Shown: positions 9,257 through 20,147 of the stretch, in pieces
Numbering within the stretch: the first letter of the stretch is position 1
Layout: each line of letters begins with the position of its first letter
NCBI GenBank assembly: GCA_965220935.1
Contig: OZ244857.1
Location: forward strand, 2,796,450 to 2,860,449
Source: Rhodothermales bacterium
GTDB lineage: Bacteria; Bacteroidota; Rhodothermia; Rhodothermales; Bin80
DNA: 64,000 bases
Reading direction: 5' to 3'
The notes under the pieces: model-generated
The model's input: only the letters and a program-made list of their open reading frames with translations
The model's database searches: none
Told to the model about the DNA's origin: nothing
Position numbers and translations under genes: made by a program

Positions 9257-11899
9257 ATGAAGCAGAAAAATTACCGACACACGGCGGATGATATTCTTTT
9301 ACTCCTAAGAGATGGCCTCAAGCCCTTTGTGAAACGACAGATAGATCTCGCAACCAAAAACAGAAAACTCCCCCCTGATTGGGAGCAGAAATTTTTTGCA
9401 AAACGTAGGCAACACTCCTCCAAATCATTTGAGGATTGGGATGTATTGGATCTGCTACATTTTTTTGAATTTAGTCGTAGTCTATTCAAAGATTTTCTGG
9501 GAAAAGTCGCATTCAAGTCTCTGCGTAAACTCAGAAATTATAGGAATCTCTGGGCGCATCAAGAACCCTTGAATAAGAAAGATATTATCAATGTTCTTGA
9601 GTTAATTATTCATTTATTAACCTCAATTTCGTCAGCTGATCAGCTAAATAAAGCAAAATCTCTGTTGTACGATATCGTGAATGAACCCATTAAATCAGAT
9701 GCCGAAAATATTTCTGGATCCAATCGTGAGGAACGTGACGAAATTAATGATAACAACTCAGATCGGGCGAGAAAAGATCATAAAACCAAAAACAGTAATA
9801 GCCACATCATATTTAGAAAATGGCGGACGGCCAGTCTCGCAGCATGCTTGCTGATTATTGCTGGTACACTGATGACTTGGTCGCTAGGACAGGAAGAAAG
9901 TTCCCCGCCTCCTGTAGATGGATTGTGTTATCAATTAAATGATTATCAGAATATGGACCTGGACGATGCAATGGTGGAGGTTTTTAACCAGTGCGCTGAT
10001 GATGGCCATGCCTATGCCCAAACCTTTATTGGGGTGAAACAACTCATTTCTGGAGATTGTGACGCAGCTTTGAAGTGGTTGACCGAGGCAGCTGATCGGG
10101 AAGATTCTCAAGGTCAATTTTGGCTTGGATACATGTTTACACACGATTACTGCGGACAAAAAGACCTTGATCAGGCTTTAAATTGGTTGCACTTGTCGGC
10201 AGATCAGAATTATGTCCCTGCCCAAAATTTGCTCGGGGACATTTATCTATATAATCTAGATAAACAAAACTTTGAAGAAGCAAAAAAATGGTATGATCTG
10301 GCGTCCATTCAAGACTCTGTCCATGCCCAATTCGGCTTAGGTGAATTATTTCTAACTGGACTGGGCGTACCCCCAGACATTGCAAAAGCAAAACAGCATT
10401 ACCACACTGCGGCGAATCAAAATCATACCGATGCGCAGGTCATGCTATGCGAAATATATATATATGGCTTCGGAGTAAATCAGGACTATCAAGAATCGTT
10501 CAAATGGTGCAAATTAGCGGCCGAAAATAATCACCCCGATGCACAATATCTTATGGGTTCAATGTATCTCTATGGTCTTGGCGTGCATGAGGATGTTGGA
10601 GAATCTATAAAATTGTATCAATTAGCCGCACAGCAAGGACATGTAGACGCACAGCATAGCTTGGGGATGCTGTTCTTACTCATGTACGAATTTAATCAGA
10701 ATAATGATCTGATTATTGAGTATCTATCTTGGTTCCGACAAGCAGCCACAAATCAGAGAAATTCGTTGGTTATATATGATGAGCATTTGCCTACCCAGTT
10801 GGAGTCTTGGATTGACTCGCTTGGTAGTCACCCATACAATCAATCTCGTAGATGGCGCCGCCTCACCGATAATCAAGGCCAGATAAAATCACAATTTAGG
10901 CTCGGTGAGATATATTATGATGGGATAGGAGTTGCAAGAGACGATGTCATAGCCATCAAATGGTATCGGGAGGCCGCTAGTGGCGGATTGGACCGTGCAC
11001 AAAATTCTCTTGGAGATATGTATCGTAAAGGACAGGGTGTACGGACTGATTTTGAAAAAGCACTGGAGAATTATCGCCTTGCTGCCGACCAAGATTATCC
11101 TCCAGCCCAGACATCCCTAGGTGAAATGTATCTCTTTGGCCAAGGGGTTGAAAAACGGCCAGCAGAAGCCGTGCAACTGTTTCACCGTGCAGCCGACAGT
11201 GGAGATGCCCAAGGGCAGGCATGGCTGGGTTGGGTTTATGGAAACGCGAAAAACTATAGAGAAGCCCTAAAATGGCTCCTTGAATCCGCAAATCAAGAAA
11301 ATGAACTTGGCATTATTCTACTCCAATTGATCTCAGCTACTAATCAGGGCATCCCACAAGATCCAATAGCACAATTACAGTTGGGCCTGATGTTCAAAAA
11401 TGGTGACATCGTTCCTCATGTACCCCAGCAGGCTGTAAAATTCTTTGAACTTGCGGCAGACCAGGGAAATGCTGATGCGCAATTACAGTTGGCCGAGATG
11501 CTTATAAATGGTGACGACATCAATCCAAATCCAGAAAGAGCATGCAGATTATATCAATTAGCTGCTGATCAGGGGCATTCTGAATCGCAATTCCAGTTAT
11601 ATCTGCTGTTTTCCAGCGGGCGAGGAGGATGTGAAAAAGATGATGATCTCGCCTGTAAATGGCTTCGTCAAGCCGCTAATCATCAACATGCGGAAGCACA
11701 ATACCGACTCGGACTAATTTATTATCACGGGCGGACTCATTGTGTAGAAAAGGACATCATTGAAGCCTACGCTTGGTTTGATATTTCTGGAACAACCGAA
11801 GCAAATCAAGCCAAAGAACAATTGAAAATGAGCCGTTCTCAAACACGCCAAGGGCAGGAGCGCTCATCCGAGATTCGTAGCCAGATGAACTCAAAATAA
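9257..11899 (+). CDS. Swt1-like HEPN domain - transmembrane helix - about 15 Sel1-like repeats
   Basis: N-terminal GLKPFV..WDVLDLL..RNYRNLWAHQ (RxxxxH HEPN motif); acidic linker; basic residues then hydrophobic SLAACLLIIAGTLMTW; repeated AQxxLGxxYxxGxGV...AxxWxxxAAxQ units. Confidence 0.85.
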   Translation: MKQKNYRHTADDILLLLRDGLKPFVKRQIDLATKNRKLPPDWEQKFFAKRRQHSSKSFEDWDVLDLLHFFEFSRSLFKDFLGKVAFKSLRKLRNYRNLWAHQEPLNKKDIINVLELIIHLLTSISSADQLNKAKSLLYDIVNEPIKSDAENISGSNREERDEINDNNSDRARKDHKTKNSNSHIIFRKWRTASLAACLLIIAGTLMTWSLGQEESSPPPVDGLCYQLNDYQNMDLDDAMVEVFNQCADDGHAYAQTFIGVKQLISGDCDAALKWLTEAADREDSQGQFWLGYMFTHDYCGQKDLDQALNWLHLSADQNYVPAQNLLGDIYLYNLDKQNFEEAKKWYDLASIQDSVHAQFGLGELFLTGLGVPPDIAKAKQHYHTAANQNHTDAQVMLCEIYIYGFGVNQDYQESFKWCKLAAENNHPDAQYLMGSMYLYGLGVHEDVGESIKLYQLAAQQGHVDAQHSLGMLFLLMYEFNQNNDLIIEYLSWFRQAATNQRNSLVIYDEHLPTQLESWIDSLGSHPYNQSRRWRRLTDNQGQIKSQFRLGEIYYDGIGVARDDVIAIKWYREAASGGLDRAQNSLGDMYRKGQGVRTDFEKALENYRLAADQDYPPAQTSLGEMYLFGQGVEKRPAEAVQLFHRAADSGDAQGQAWLGWVYGNAKNYREALKWLLESANQENELGIILLQLISATNQGIPQDPIAQLQLGLMFKNGDIVPHVPQQAVKFFELAADQGNADAQLQLAEMLINGDDINPNPERACRLYQLAADQGHSESQFQLYLLFSSGRGGCEKDDDLACKWLRQAANHQHAEAQYRLGLIYYHGRTHCVEKDIIEAYAWFDISGTTEANQAKEQLKMSRSQTRQGQERSSEIRSQMNSK

Positions 11900-12045
11900 A
11901 TGAGCATCCATCGTTTAGATTCTACTACAAGCGACACACAAACAAGCATCTCTATCTCAATAGAATGTTCTCAGGACGCTCCTATCACTTATCCTGCCAC
12001 CCAATTCTACAACGACGGACAATCCTTAATCGGTCACATGAATCA

Positions 12046-12885
12046 TCATAATTCACTTGGACCTGGATCAATTCTCGCACCCTCTGGCATCACTAAACGA
12101 CTTTCATCAAAGGGTTGGGTATAGGAGTGCTCACTTGAAGTAGCCTCGTAATACTTATCCCCTTTTTGTCCATTAGAGAATCCAAATCCTTCAAACTTTG
12201 TCGGCACCGTCAGTCCATCAACGACAACATAATCCTTATAGTACAATAAGGTTTCATGCATATTCTCATCAATAGGCGGACGCCCATTGCCAAAGGTTGA
12301 CCGATACCGGAGAGCATTCATCATATAGGTCTCTGGGTGAATATAGAGCGTGTAGTGGTCACCAGGCGCATCACCTACTCCGTCATCAAAGGTTGCCCTG
12401 AGCAAATAATGCTCAATACCATCTAAACCCGCAGGCGGCAGGACTTCATAACGGACACCAGGGTCTGCGAGAATAAATGGAATGGACTGAAAGTAATATC
12501 CAGTGGTCGCCATAAAGCGCGCACTAGCGGGTAGTGTATCTGGATAGGCCCAAGCCTCTGACCCATCCCAAACCATTTGTGCTCCCTCTGGGAGGCTATC
12601 TTGCCCAATTGACAAGACATCATGATACACCTGCCGAGTTCGATTATGGGCAACCATCTTTGATTGTATTCCCCCACCAAATCCCCAGATATAGCTGCTC
12701 GTCTCTGCATGATGCCATGCATCCAACCCACCATGGGCATCAAGAGAACGCAGAAGTAGCTCCCCGCCCTCAGATGCCATCAAACGCTGGGTCACCTCAG
12801 CTGTAAGTAGGTCCTCGTCTGACTCAATATCTGAACAACCAATCATCAAAATCGTGATAAAAAAAGTAAATCTCAATATTCGCAT
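12046..12885 (-). CDS. putative lipoprotein (DUF6503-like)
   Basis: MRILRFTFFITILMIG/C lipobox; DAHGGLDAW, SIPFILADPGV and GDAPGDHYTLY motifs. Confidence 0.65.
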   Translation of the reverse strand: MRILRFTFFITILMIGCSDIESDEDLLTAEVTQRLMASEGGELLLRSLDAHGGLDAWHHAETSSYIWGFGGGIQSKMVAHNRTRQVYHDVLSIGQDSLPEGAQMVWDGSEAWAYPDTLPASARFMATTGYYFQSIPFILADPGVRYEVLPPAGLDGIEHYLLRATFDDGVGDAPGDHYTLYIHPETYMMNALRYRSTFGNGRPPIDENMHETLLYYKDYVVVDGLTVPTKFEGFGFSNGQKGDKYYEATSSEHSYTQPFDESRLVMPEGARIDPGPSEL

Positions 12886-12935
12886 CAAATCATGGCGTAA
12901 AATAGTTAAACAGTAAATATACATCACGCAGTCCA

Positions 12936-13748
12936 ATGTTAATAAATCCGATTCGATTTGCTTGCGTGCAGATGTGCTCTAAGCAGGATGTTGATGCCAA
13001 CCTCGAAAATGCCGCATCTCTTATTGAACAAGCAGTCAAACAGAATGCACAATTAGTTGCACTGCCAGAAAATTTTTCGTACCTAGATACCGAAGGAAAG
13101 AAGATTAATGTCGTTGAGAATTTTGAAGATGGCATTGCCATACAACTACTCCGAGAACTATCAGCCACATACTCAATTTATATCGTTGGAGGATCCGTCC
13201 CTCTAAGAGCGAACGACCGTGTGACAAATACATGCATTGTTTTTGATCCGAACGGAGAGATCATTACTCGTTATGATAAGATTCATCTGTTTGATATTGC
13301 ATTAGATGATCAACACTCATTTATGGAGTCTCGCTATATTGAACATGGAACCAAGCTCGTAACCTTTGAAGCATTTGACATTACGATGGGACTCAGTATT
13401 TGTTATGATTTACGCTTTCCTGAACTATATCGAAGATTGACCAAAAAAGGGGCCAAGGTCCTGTTTGTGCCGTCTGCATTTACATGGCGAACAGGTGCCT
13501 ATCACTGGCTCCCACTTCTACGAGCACGTGCGATTGAAAACCTTGCATATGTCGTTGCACCAGCCCAATTTGGACGACACAATGCCGAGCGCGAAAGTTT
13601 TGGACACTCCGTGATCATTGACCCATGGGGGCAAATCATTGCACAAGCGCCTGATCGGAACTGTGTGATCACCAGTGAACTTGATTTTACGTATCAGGCA
13701 CAGCTTCAACAGCGCCTGCCATGCCTCAACCATAGACGTATTCCCTAA
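12936..13748 (+). CDS. carbon-nitrogen hydrolase (Nit1/deaminated glutathione amidase-like)
   Basis: LPENF, YDKIHLFD, ICYDLRFPE and RARAIEN motifs (Glu-Lys-Cys triad). Confidence 0.92.
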   Translation: MLINPIRFACVQMCSKQDVDANLENAASLIEQAVKQNAQLVALPENFSYLDTEGKKINVVENFEDGIAIQLLRELSATYSIYIVGGSVPLRANDRVTNTCIVFDPNGEIITRYDKIHLFDIALDDQHSFMESRYIEHGTKLVTFEAFDITMGLSICYDLRFPELYRRLTKKGAKVLFVPSAFTWRTGAYHWLPLLRARAIENLAYVVAPAQFGRHNAERESFGHSVIIDPWGQIIAQAPDRNCVITSELDFTYQAQLQQRLPCLNHRRIP

Positions 13749-13759
13749 TTGTGGATCCA

Positions 13760-13931
13760 GAAACCCTAAGTTTACTCAAATGGTGACAACAACATGCGGG
13801 CGGGGAACCATAGAAACTCAGTACCGCTTCAAAATGGCATATCACTAAAGAATGGAAACCCCAGATACTTTTCAGACTCTGTAAAGTGGTACCATAAATT
13901 TGCCATGCAAGGACATATTTTGTTCAACTAA
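13760..13931 (+). pseudogene. eroded Sel1-repeat gene fragment
   Basis: Manual translation across stops and frameshifts gives KW*QQHA..GTIETQYRFKMAYH*...SDSVKWYHKFAMQGH, about 1.5 Sel1 repeats. Confidence 0.6.
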
Positions 13932-14546
13932 ACATGAACAAGATTGATAAATTGAAATTCCATAGTTCTGAGAAATTAACAAAGAGTAACCATTAGATCA
14001 CGGCAGAGAGACTCAATTACACAATGGACGCGATCTTTATAAAAGAATCAACAACCACTGATAGATCCTACCTCAGCAACAAAGCACCTTGCATTATCAT
14101 GAATCTTTCTATGAACATTATTCTCCACTGCTGATGCACGACCAATTCTCCACGATATCATTAAAAGCCACCAATGAGATTAAAGAGGAATTTGTACCAC
14201 TCATACCCGAACGATCATCTCAACCGAACAATTATATTCTTTCTTCCAATCTGTTTAGAATGTAGTGGGAATTATTTGGCCTGCTTCATCCTTAATTCTG
14301 TCAACCCAAAATATCAGTATCTCTTTGTTAATGTGAACACAATATTGTATCTTTGCATTTTAAGGGCATCAATTTGAACCGTTAACCAGTTGAGAATTTT
14401 TATTAATTATTGACGTTTTCATTTGGATTCAGATTTTTAATCCTACTATCATGGATATACAAAACGCCATGATTACACTCATCAGATAAGCATGACGCTC
14501 AAATTTGGCGAATCCTGAAGTACTCAAATACCCCTCAAATTAAGAC

Positions 14547-16562
14547 ATGAAAATAGCAGTTAGATTGTGGCGTACAGCTGCTGAATGTGGAAACGTTCAG
14601 GCACAGTACCACCTTGGGTGTGCTTACCTTCTCGGAGAAGGTGTAGACGAAGATCATGCCGAGTCAGCCAAATGGCACAAAAAAGCTGCCGAAAAAGGAG
14701 AGATAAGATCGCAATACCACCTCGCAACTGCATACTTTTGCGGAGAAGGCATAGAAAAAGATGTTCCAAAAGCCATCTACTGGTATAAAAAATCAGCCGA
14801 GTCAAACTATGCAGAGGCGCAATATGCACTTGGAAAAATCTACTATACTGAGGACTCAGGAGTAGAACAGGACTATTCAGAGGCGTTCAAGTGGTTGAAG
14901 AAAGCCGCCGATCAAGGACATGAAATCGCCTACCACGATGTGGCCGATTCCTATTATCACGGTGAAGGCGTAGAGCGAGATTTTACTCAAGCGTTTATCT
15001 GGTTTAAAAAATCTGCGCATTACGGCGAGGTTTTCTCACAGTACATGCATGCACAAATGTTCTACTATGGAGAGGGAACTGAAGTTGACCTTAGCGAGGC
15101 ATTTTTATGGTTTAAGGCTGCGGCTGACAATGAATATACTCCTGCATACCACGATGTCGGAGAGGCCTATCAGAATGGTGATGGTGTAGAAAAAAATTTA
15201 AATGAAGCGGCCAAGTGGTTCAAAAAAGGGGCTGACAGAGGATGTAAGTATGCGCTACACACCCTTGGACTCGCCTACTCTGAAGCGACTGGAGTTGAAA
15301 GAGATGTTGGTAAAGCGATTGAATGTTGGAAAAAAGCTGCAGATCAAGGACTTGCAAAATCTCAGTATGCCCTCGGACGATCCTACTCTGAGGGATATGG
15401 TGTAGAGCAAGATTTCGTCAAATCAATTGAGTGGTGGAGGAAAGCCGCAGATCAAGGAGATCCACTTTCTGAGCACGCTCTCGGACGCGCCTATTTCTCT
15501 GGAGAAGGAGTGGAAGAAGATCTCGTAAAATCTCTTCAGTGGCATAAAAAAGCAGCGCTCCATGGACTACCTGATGCCCAATTTCTCCTTGCAACCCACT
15601 ATCTCCATGGAGAAGGGGTCAAACAAAACAAAGCGGAGTCATTCAAGTGGTACAAAAAAGCCGCAGATCTAGGACTCGCAGAAGGCCAGCTGGCTGTCGG
15701 ACGAGCCTACTTCTTTGGAGATGGTGTTAAACAAGACTTCGCAGAAATGATCAAGTGGACCATAAAAGCCGCCGACCAAGGACTCCCCGATGCTCAGAAT
15801 GATCTTGGAATTCATTACTCACAGGGGAGGGGTGTCCCCAAGGATCACGCCGAAGCTCTTAGATGGTTTGAGAAAGCCGCACTCCAAGACAATCCTCAGG
15901 CGATGATCAACATCGGCCTTGCTCACTTCTCGGGGGAAGGTGCTCCACAGGACTCTGACAAAGGTTTGCAGTGGTGGAAAAAAGCCGCTGACTATGGAGG
16001 CGCAAACGAACAGTTTCTACTAGGAAAAGCCTACTATCTTGGAGAGGGCGTTGAGCAAAATCTTGAGGAAGCGGCCATGTGGTACCAGATGGCCGCAGAG
16101 CAAGGGCATGCAAGTGCGCAACACAGTCTGGGAAACGCCTATCTCAACGCAGAAGGTGTAGAAGAAGATCTTCAACAAGCCATTCATTGGTGGACCAAAT
16201 CCGCTGAAAACGGTGACGCTAATGCGCAAGTTAGTCTTGCACTCCATCACATCTCAGAGGAAGACTTTGAAGACGCATTCAAATGGGCTAAAAAAGCCGC
16301 AGAACAAGGATATTTAGTCGGGCAATATCTTGTCGGTAAAGCCTACGCTACGGGAGACGGGACAGCTCAAAATGATACAGAAGCTTATATCTGGTTTAGT
16401 CTGTCCAAAATGGAAGGTATTGGAGATATATTGGATGACTTTCCTGAAACCTTCAGTGATGCGCAAACGAAGCTCACAGCTGATCAACTAAAAGAGGCTG
16501 ACGCTGAAGTCATTAGGCGCTCAAATGAGATTAAAGCAAAAAAGCCACGCAAAATATATTAG
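14547..16562 (+). CDS. Sel1-like repeat protein (about 17 repeats)
   Basis: 17 countable ~36-aa units (AQYxLGxxYxxGxGVxxDxxxAxxWxxKAAxQG). It starts mid-repeat right after an in-frame TAA and has no signal peptide, so it may be 5'-truncated. Confidence 0.9.
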   Translation: MKIAVRLWRTAAECGNVQAQYHLGCAYLLGEGVDEDHAESAKWHKKAAEKGEIRSQYHLATAYFCGEGIEKDVPKAIYWYKKSAESNYAEAQYALGKIYYTEDSGVEQDYSEAFKWLKKAADQGHEIAYHDVADSYYHGEGVERDFTQAFIWFKKSAHYGEVFSQYMHAQMFYYGEGTEVDLSEAFLWFKAAADNEYTPAYHDVGEAYQNGDGVEKNLNEAAKWFKKGADRGCKYALHTLGLAYSEATGVERDVGKAIECWKKAADQGLAKSQYALGRSYSEGYGVEQDFVKSIEWWRKAADQGDPLSEHALGRAYFSGEGVEEDLVKSLQWHKKAALHGLPDAQFLLATHYLHGEGVKQNKAESFKWYKKAADLGLAEGQLAVGRAYFFGDGVKQDFAEMIKWTIKAADQGLPDAQNDLGIHYSQGRGVPKDHAEALRWFEKAALQDNPQAMINIGLAHFSGEGAPQDSDKGLQWWKKAADYGGANEQFLLGKAYYLGEGVEQNLEEAAMWYQMAAEQGHASAQHSLGNAYLNAEGVEEDLQQAIHWWTKSAENGDANAQVSLALHHISEEDFEDAFKWAKKAAEQGYLVGQYLVGKAYATGDGTAQNDTEAYIWFSLSKMEGIGDILDDFPETFSDAQTKLTADQLKEADAEVIRRSNEIKAKKPRKIY

Positions 16563-16850
16563 ATCAATTTCAACTGATCTCCATAATGAATGAATTAGAT
16601 TGAAGGGTCGTTTCGTGGTAGCCAGTATGGTCACCAATAAAGACTTAAAGCCATTATACCTCCACGCTGATTCTTGAGGTTTCTTAAGTGGATATTAATC
16701 TCGTGGAACAGCGCTTACTGCAAAAACCAAGAACGCGATGACATTTCAAACTAATATAAGATTCTCTATAACGCAAGATTAGAGACAACCCTCTTACATG
16801 GTGGGCAAATTTATAGAATACGCATAGCATGACACTCATTCACAAATCTA

Positions 16851-16882
16851 TTTGTTTGGGGAGAATCAAAATTGTATCTTTG
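16851..16882 (+). promoter_or_regulatory. Bacteroidota-type promoter (-33 TTTG / -7 TAnnTTTG)
   Basis: TTTG at 16851-16854, 20-nt spacer, TATCTTTG at 16875-16882, 37 nt before the ATG at 16920. The same arrangement occurs at 14324-14355. Confidence 0.5.
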
Positions 16883-16919
16883 AAGTCCTAATAATTACTA
16901 GACTTAAATTCTTTCTCGT

Positions 16920-19900
16920 ATGAATTTTCTCATTCGCATTACTCTTCTGCTTTGTTTATTAATCTCTGCTTCGGCTTCCGCACAGGAAACACTCGTCAGT
17001 GAGACCGATTTTTCTGGGATGAAACTACGCAATGTGGGGCCAGCATTCACGTCTGGGCGCATTGCTGACATCGCAATGCATCCTGATGATGATAACCTGT
17101 GGTATGTGGCCGTTGGAAGTGGGGGCGTATGGAAAACCGTTAACGCTGGCACAACATGGGAATCTATTTTTGACGAACAAGCATCCTACTCCATTGGTGC
17201 CATCACCCTTGACCCTCAAAATCCACATACGGTCTGGGTGGGAACTGGAGAAAATGTCGGCGGACGACATGTCGGCTATGGTGACGGGATCTATCGTAGT
17301 ACCGATGGCGGACAGTCGTGGAGCAACATGGGACTCAAGGAATCTATGCATATCTCGCGGATTATCGTTCATCCAGATAACAGTGATGTCATCTGGGTTG
17401 CCGCGCAAGGACCTCTATGGTATAGCGGTGGAGAGCGGGGGCTTTACCTCAGTGTTGATGGAGGAGAATCTTGGCAGCACACGCTCGGAGATACTGAGTG
17501 GATAGGTGTCACTGATGTTGTCATCGACCCGCGTGACCCTGATGTCTTATATGCGGCTACTTGGCAACGACATCGTAATGTCGCGGCCTATATGGGTGGA
17601 GGCCCCGGTAGTGGGCTCCATAAAAGCACAGATGGCGGCCGCACTTGGAAAGCGCTGACCAAAGGAATTCCGACATCAAACCTTGGAAAGATTGGATTAG
17701 CAATTTCACCTCAAGACCCTGATATCATCTACGCTGCGATTGAACTGGATATGAGGACTGGAGGGATCTTCATGTCTTCCGACCGCGGTGCCTCCTGGGA
17801 GAAAATGTCCGACGCCGTCGCCGGAGCCACCGGCCCCCATTATTATCAGGAACTCTATGCTTCTCCTCACCAAGAGGGGACCATATACCTGATGGATGTG
17901 CGTGTTCAAGTCTCTCATGATCACGGGCGTACATTTTATCGAATGAGCGGGACCGATAAACATGTTGACAATCATGCCATGGGCTTTCGCATGGATGATC
18001 CAGATTATATCCTGATGGGAACTGATGGTGGACTCTTCCAAACCTATGATGGGACAAAGTCATGGGATTTTATTGCTAATCTCCCTGTGACTCAATACTA
18101 CAAAGTTGCCGTTGATGACCATGAACCCTTTTATCGCATCTTTGGCGGCACCCAGGACAACGGCTCCCATGGTGGTCCGTCTCAGACGGTCAGTGAACGC
18201 GGTATTCGGAATTCGGATTGGTTTTTTACACTTGGAGGAGATGGACATCAATCTGCGACTGAGCCCGGTAACCCAGATATTATCTATGCTCAATCTCAAC
18301 AAGGTCGACTGCATCGCATTGATATGATTACTGGTGAGCAGACTCTCATCCAGCCCCAAGCCGATGCAGGCGGAGATCATGAACGCTACAACTGGGATTC
18401 TCCTATTTTAGTTAGTCCTCACATACCTACGACAATCTACTTTGCTTCCTATCGCGTGTGGAAATCCACGAATCGGGGGGACAGTTGGGTTGCGATCTCT
18501 GATGACTTAACCCGTGATCAGGAGCGCATTGAACTTCCGATCATGGGACGTGTACAGAGTTATAATAATCCATGGGACTTCTATGCCATGTCTGTATACA
18601 ATACGATCACTTCATTGGCAGAGTCACCCCTACAGCCAGGCCTCTTGTATGCAGGCACAGACGATGGATTGATTCAGGTCACTGAAAACGGCGGAGAGAG
18701 TTGGCGCTCCCTTGAAGTAGGTGATATTGACGGAATTCCATCTGGTGCATTTGTCAATCACCTTTATGCCGATTTATATGATGCTGAGGTCGTATATGCT
18801 GCATTAGACCACCATAAGTTCGGAGATCTTTCTCCCTATCTGATCAAAAGCAATGACCGCGGCCTAACATGGACATCCATTTCAGGAAACCTTCCTGGGC
18901 GAACCTTGATCTGGCGGATCGTGCAAGATCATGTAAACCCCGATCTACTATTTACTGCAACAGAATTTGGTGTGTACTTCACTGTAGACGGTGGACAACA
19001 GTGGATCAAGCTGGAATCTGATGCAAATATTTCATTCAGAGACCTTGTCATTCAAAAAAGAGAGAACGATCTGGTTGCAGCATCATTTGGACGTGGCTTC
19101 TTCGTTCTAGATGATTATACTCCCCTACGATCTGTAGATGACCAGTTACTTTCAAAAGATGCCCATCTATTTGAAACCCCAACCGCGAAACTATTTATTG
19201 AAAGAGATTTTGCAGGGAGCGCACAAGGAACGAACTACTTTGCTGCTCCAAATCCGCCTTTCGGTGCAACCTTTACCTATTACCTTCGCGAAGAGACGAA
19301 AACATTAAAACAGATTCGTACGGAAAAAGAAAAGGACATCGATGCTGACGAGGATATTCCTTTCCCAGGTTGGGTTGCCCTTGACGTAGAATTGAACGAA
19401 GTTGAAGATCAAATATTTGTCGTGATTACAGATGCGGCAGGTCATGTGGCCGGGCGCGTTTCTGGAAGCACCTCTAAGGGGGTTCATCGCGTCTCCTGGA
19501 ACCTGCGATATCCTTCCAGCAGTGTGATTACGCCTGGCAGTCCTAGCGACGGAAGCCCATTCAGTCGTTTTCTGGCCACTCCTGGCACTTATTATGCCAG
19601 CTTAGTGCGAGTCAGCAACGGAGAAGAGTCGGTCTTGTCTGGACCAATTTCTTTTGATGTGGAACCCTTACTTGAACCTGCCCTTGAAGGAAAACCCGCT
19701 GATGAAATCAATGCCTATCGTATGAGGATCGCGGGTCTTATGCAACGCGCAAGCATCTTTTCCGAATCTCTTGAAGATCATACCGAGTTGATTGATGCCA
19801 TGCAAACTGCACACCTCCGCGCACCGAATCCATCCGCAGATTTAGTGACGCAACTGCACAGCGCTCGCACAACGCTCCTTGAGATCACCCACAATCTGGA

Positions 19901-20144
19901 AGGTTATGCGTCAAAGCAGCCACCTGGAGAGCGAAATAAACCCTCGGTCATGTCTCGAATATTTGTGGCCATGAGTGGTCTTCGGACAACGTACGGACCA
20001 ACCGAACTACACCAAAAATCCTTAGAAGTTGGTGAGGCACAGCTGATTGAATTGGAGTCGGCACTGTCATCATTTACAGAGTCAGTACTCCCTGTAATCA
20101 CCAGTGCACTTGAAGCCACTGGCGCGCCTCCTATCATAAGATAA
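16920..20144 (+). CDS. secreted BNR/Asp-box (VPS10/sortilin-like) glycosyl hydrolase-like protein
   Basis: Signal peptide; GPAFTSGRIAD; many SxDGGxTW Asp-boxes; GGTQDNG; C-terminal coiled coil. Confidence 0.9.
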   Translation: MNFLIRITLLLCLLISASASAQETLVSETDFSGMKLRNVGPAFTSGRIADIAMHPDDDNLWYVAVGSGGVWKTVNAGTTWESIFDEQASYSIGAITLDPQNPHTVWVGTGENVGGRHVGYGDGIYRSTDGGQSWSNMGLKESMHISRIIVHPDNSDVIWVAAQGPLWYSGGERGLYLSVDGGESWQHTLGDTEWIGVTDVVIDPRDPDVLYAATWQRHRNVAAYMGGGPGSGLHKSTDGGRTWKALTKGIPTSNLGKIGLAISPQDPDIIYAAIELDMRTGGIFMSSDRGASWEKMSDAVAGATGPHYYQELYASPHQEGTIYLMDVRVQVSHDHGRTFYRMSGTDKHVDNHAMGFRMDDPDYILMGTDGGLFQTYDGTKSWDFIANLPVTQYYKVAVDDHEPFYRIFGGTQDNGSHGGPSQTVSERGIRNSDWFFTLGGDGHQSATEPGNPDIIYAQSQQGRLHRIDMITGEQTLIQPQADAGGDHERYNWDSPILVSPHIPTTIYFASYRVWKSTNRGDSWVAISDDLTRDQERIELPIMGRVQSYNNPWDFYAMSVYNTITSLAESPLQPGLLYAGTDDGLIQVTENGGESWRSLEVGDIDGIPSGAFVNHLYADLYDAEVVYAALDHHKFGDLSPYLIKSNDRGLTWTSISGNLPGRTLIWRIVQDHVNPDLLFTATEFGVYFTVDGGQQWIKLESDANISFRDLVIQKRENDLVAASFGRGFFVLDDYTPLRSVDDQLLSKDAHLFETPTAKLFIERDFAGSAQGTNYFAAPNPPFGATFTYYLREETKTLKQIRTEKEKDIDADEDIPFPGWVALDVELNEVEDQIFVVITDAAGHVAGRVSGSTSKGVHRVSWNLRYPSSSVITPGSPSDGSPFSRFLATPGTYYASLVRVSNGEESVLSGPISFDVEPLLEPALEGKPADEINAYRMRIAGLMQRASIFSESLEDHTELIDAMQTAHLRAPNPSADLVTQLHSARTTLLEITHNLEGYASKQPPGERNKPSVMSRIFVAMSGLRTTYGPTELHQKSLEVGEAQLIELESALSSFTESVLPVITSALEATGAPPIIR

Positions 20145-20147
20145 TGA

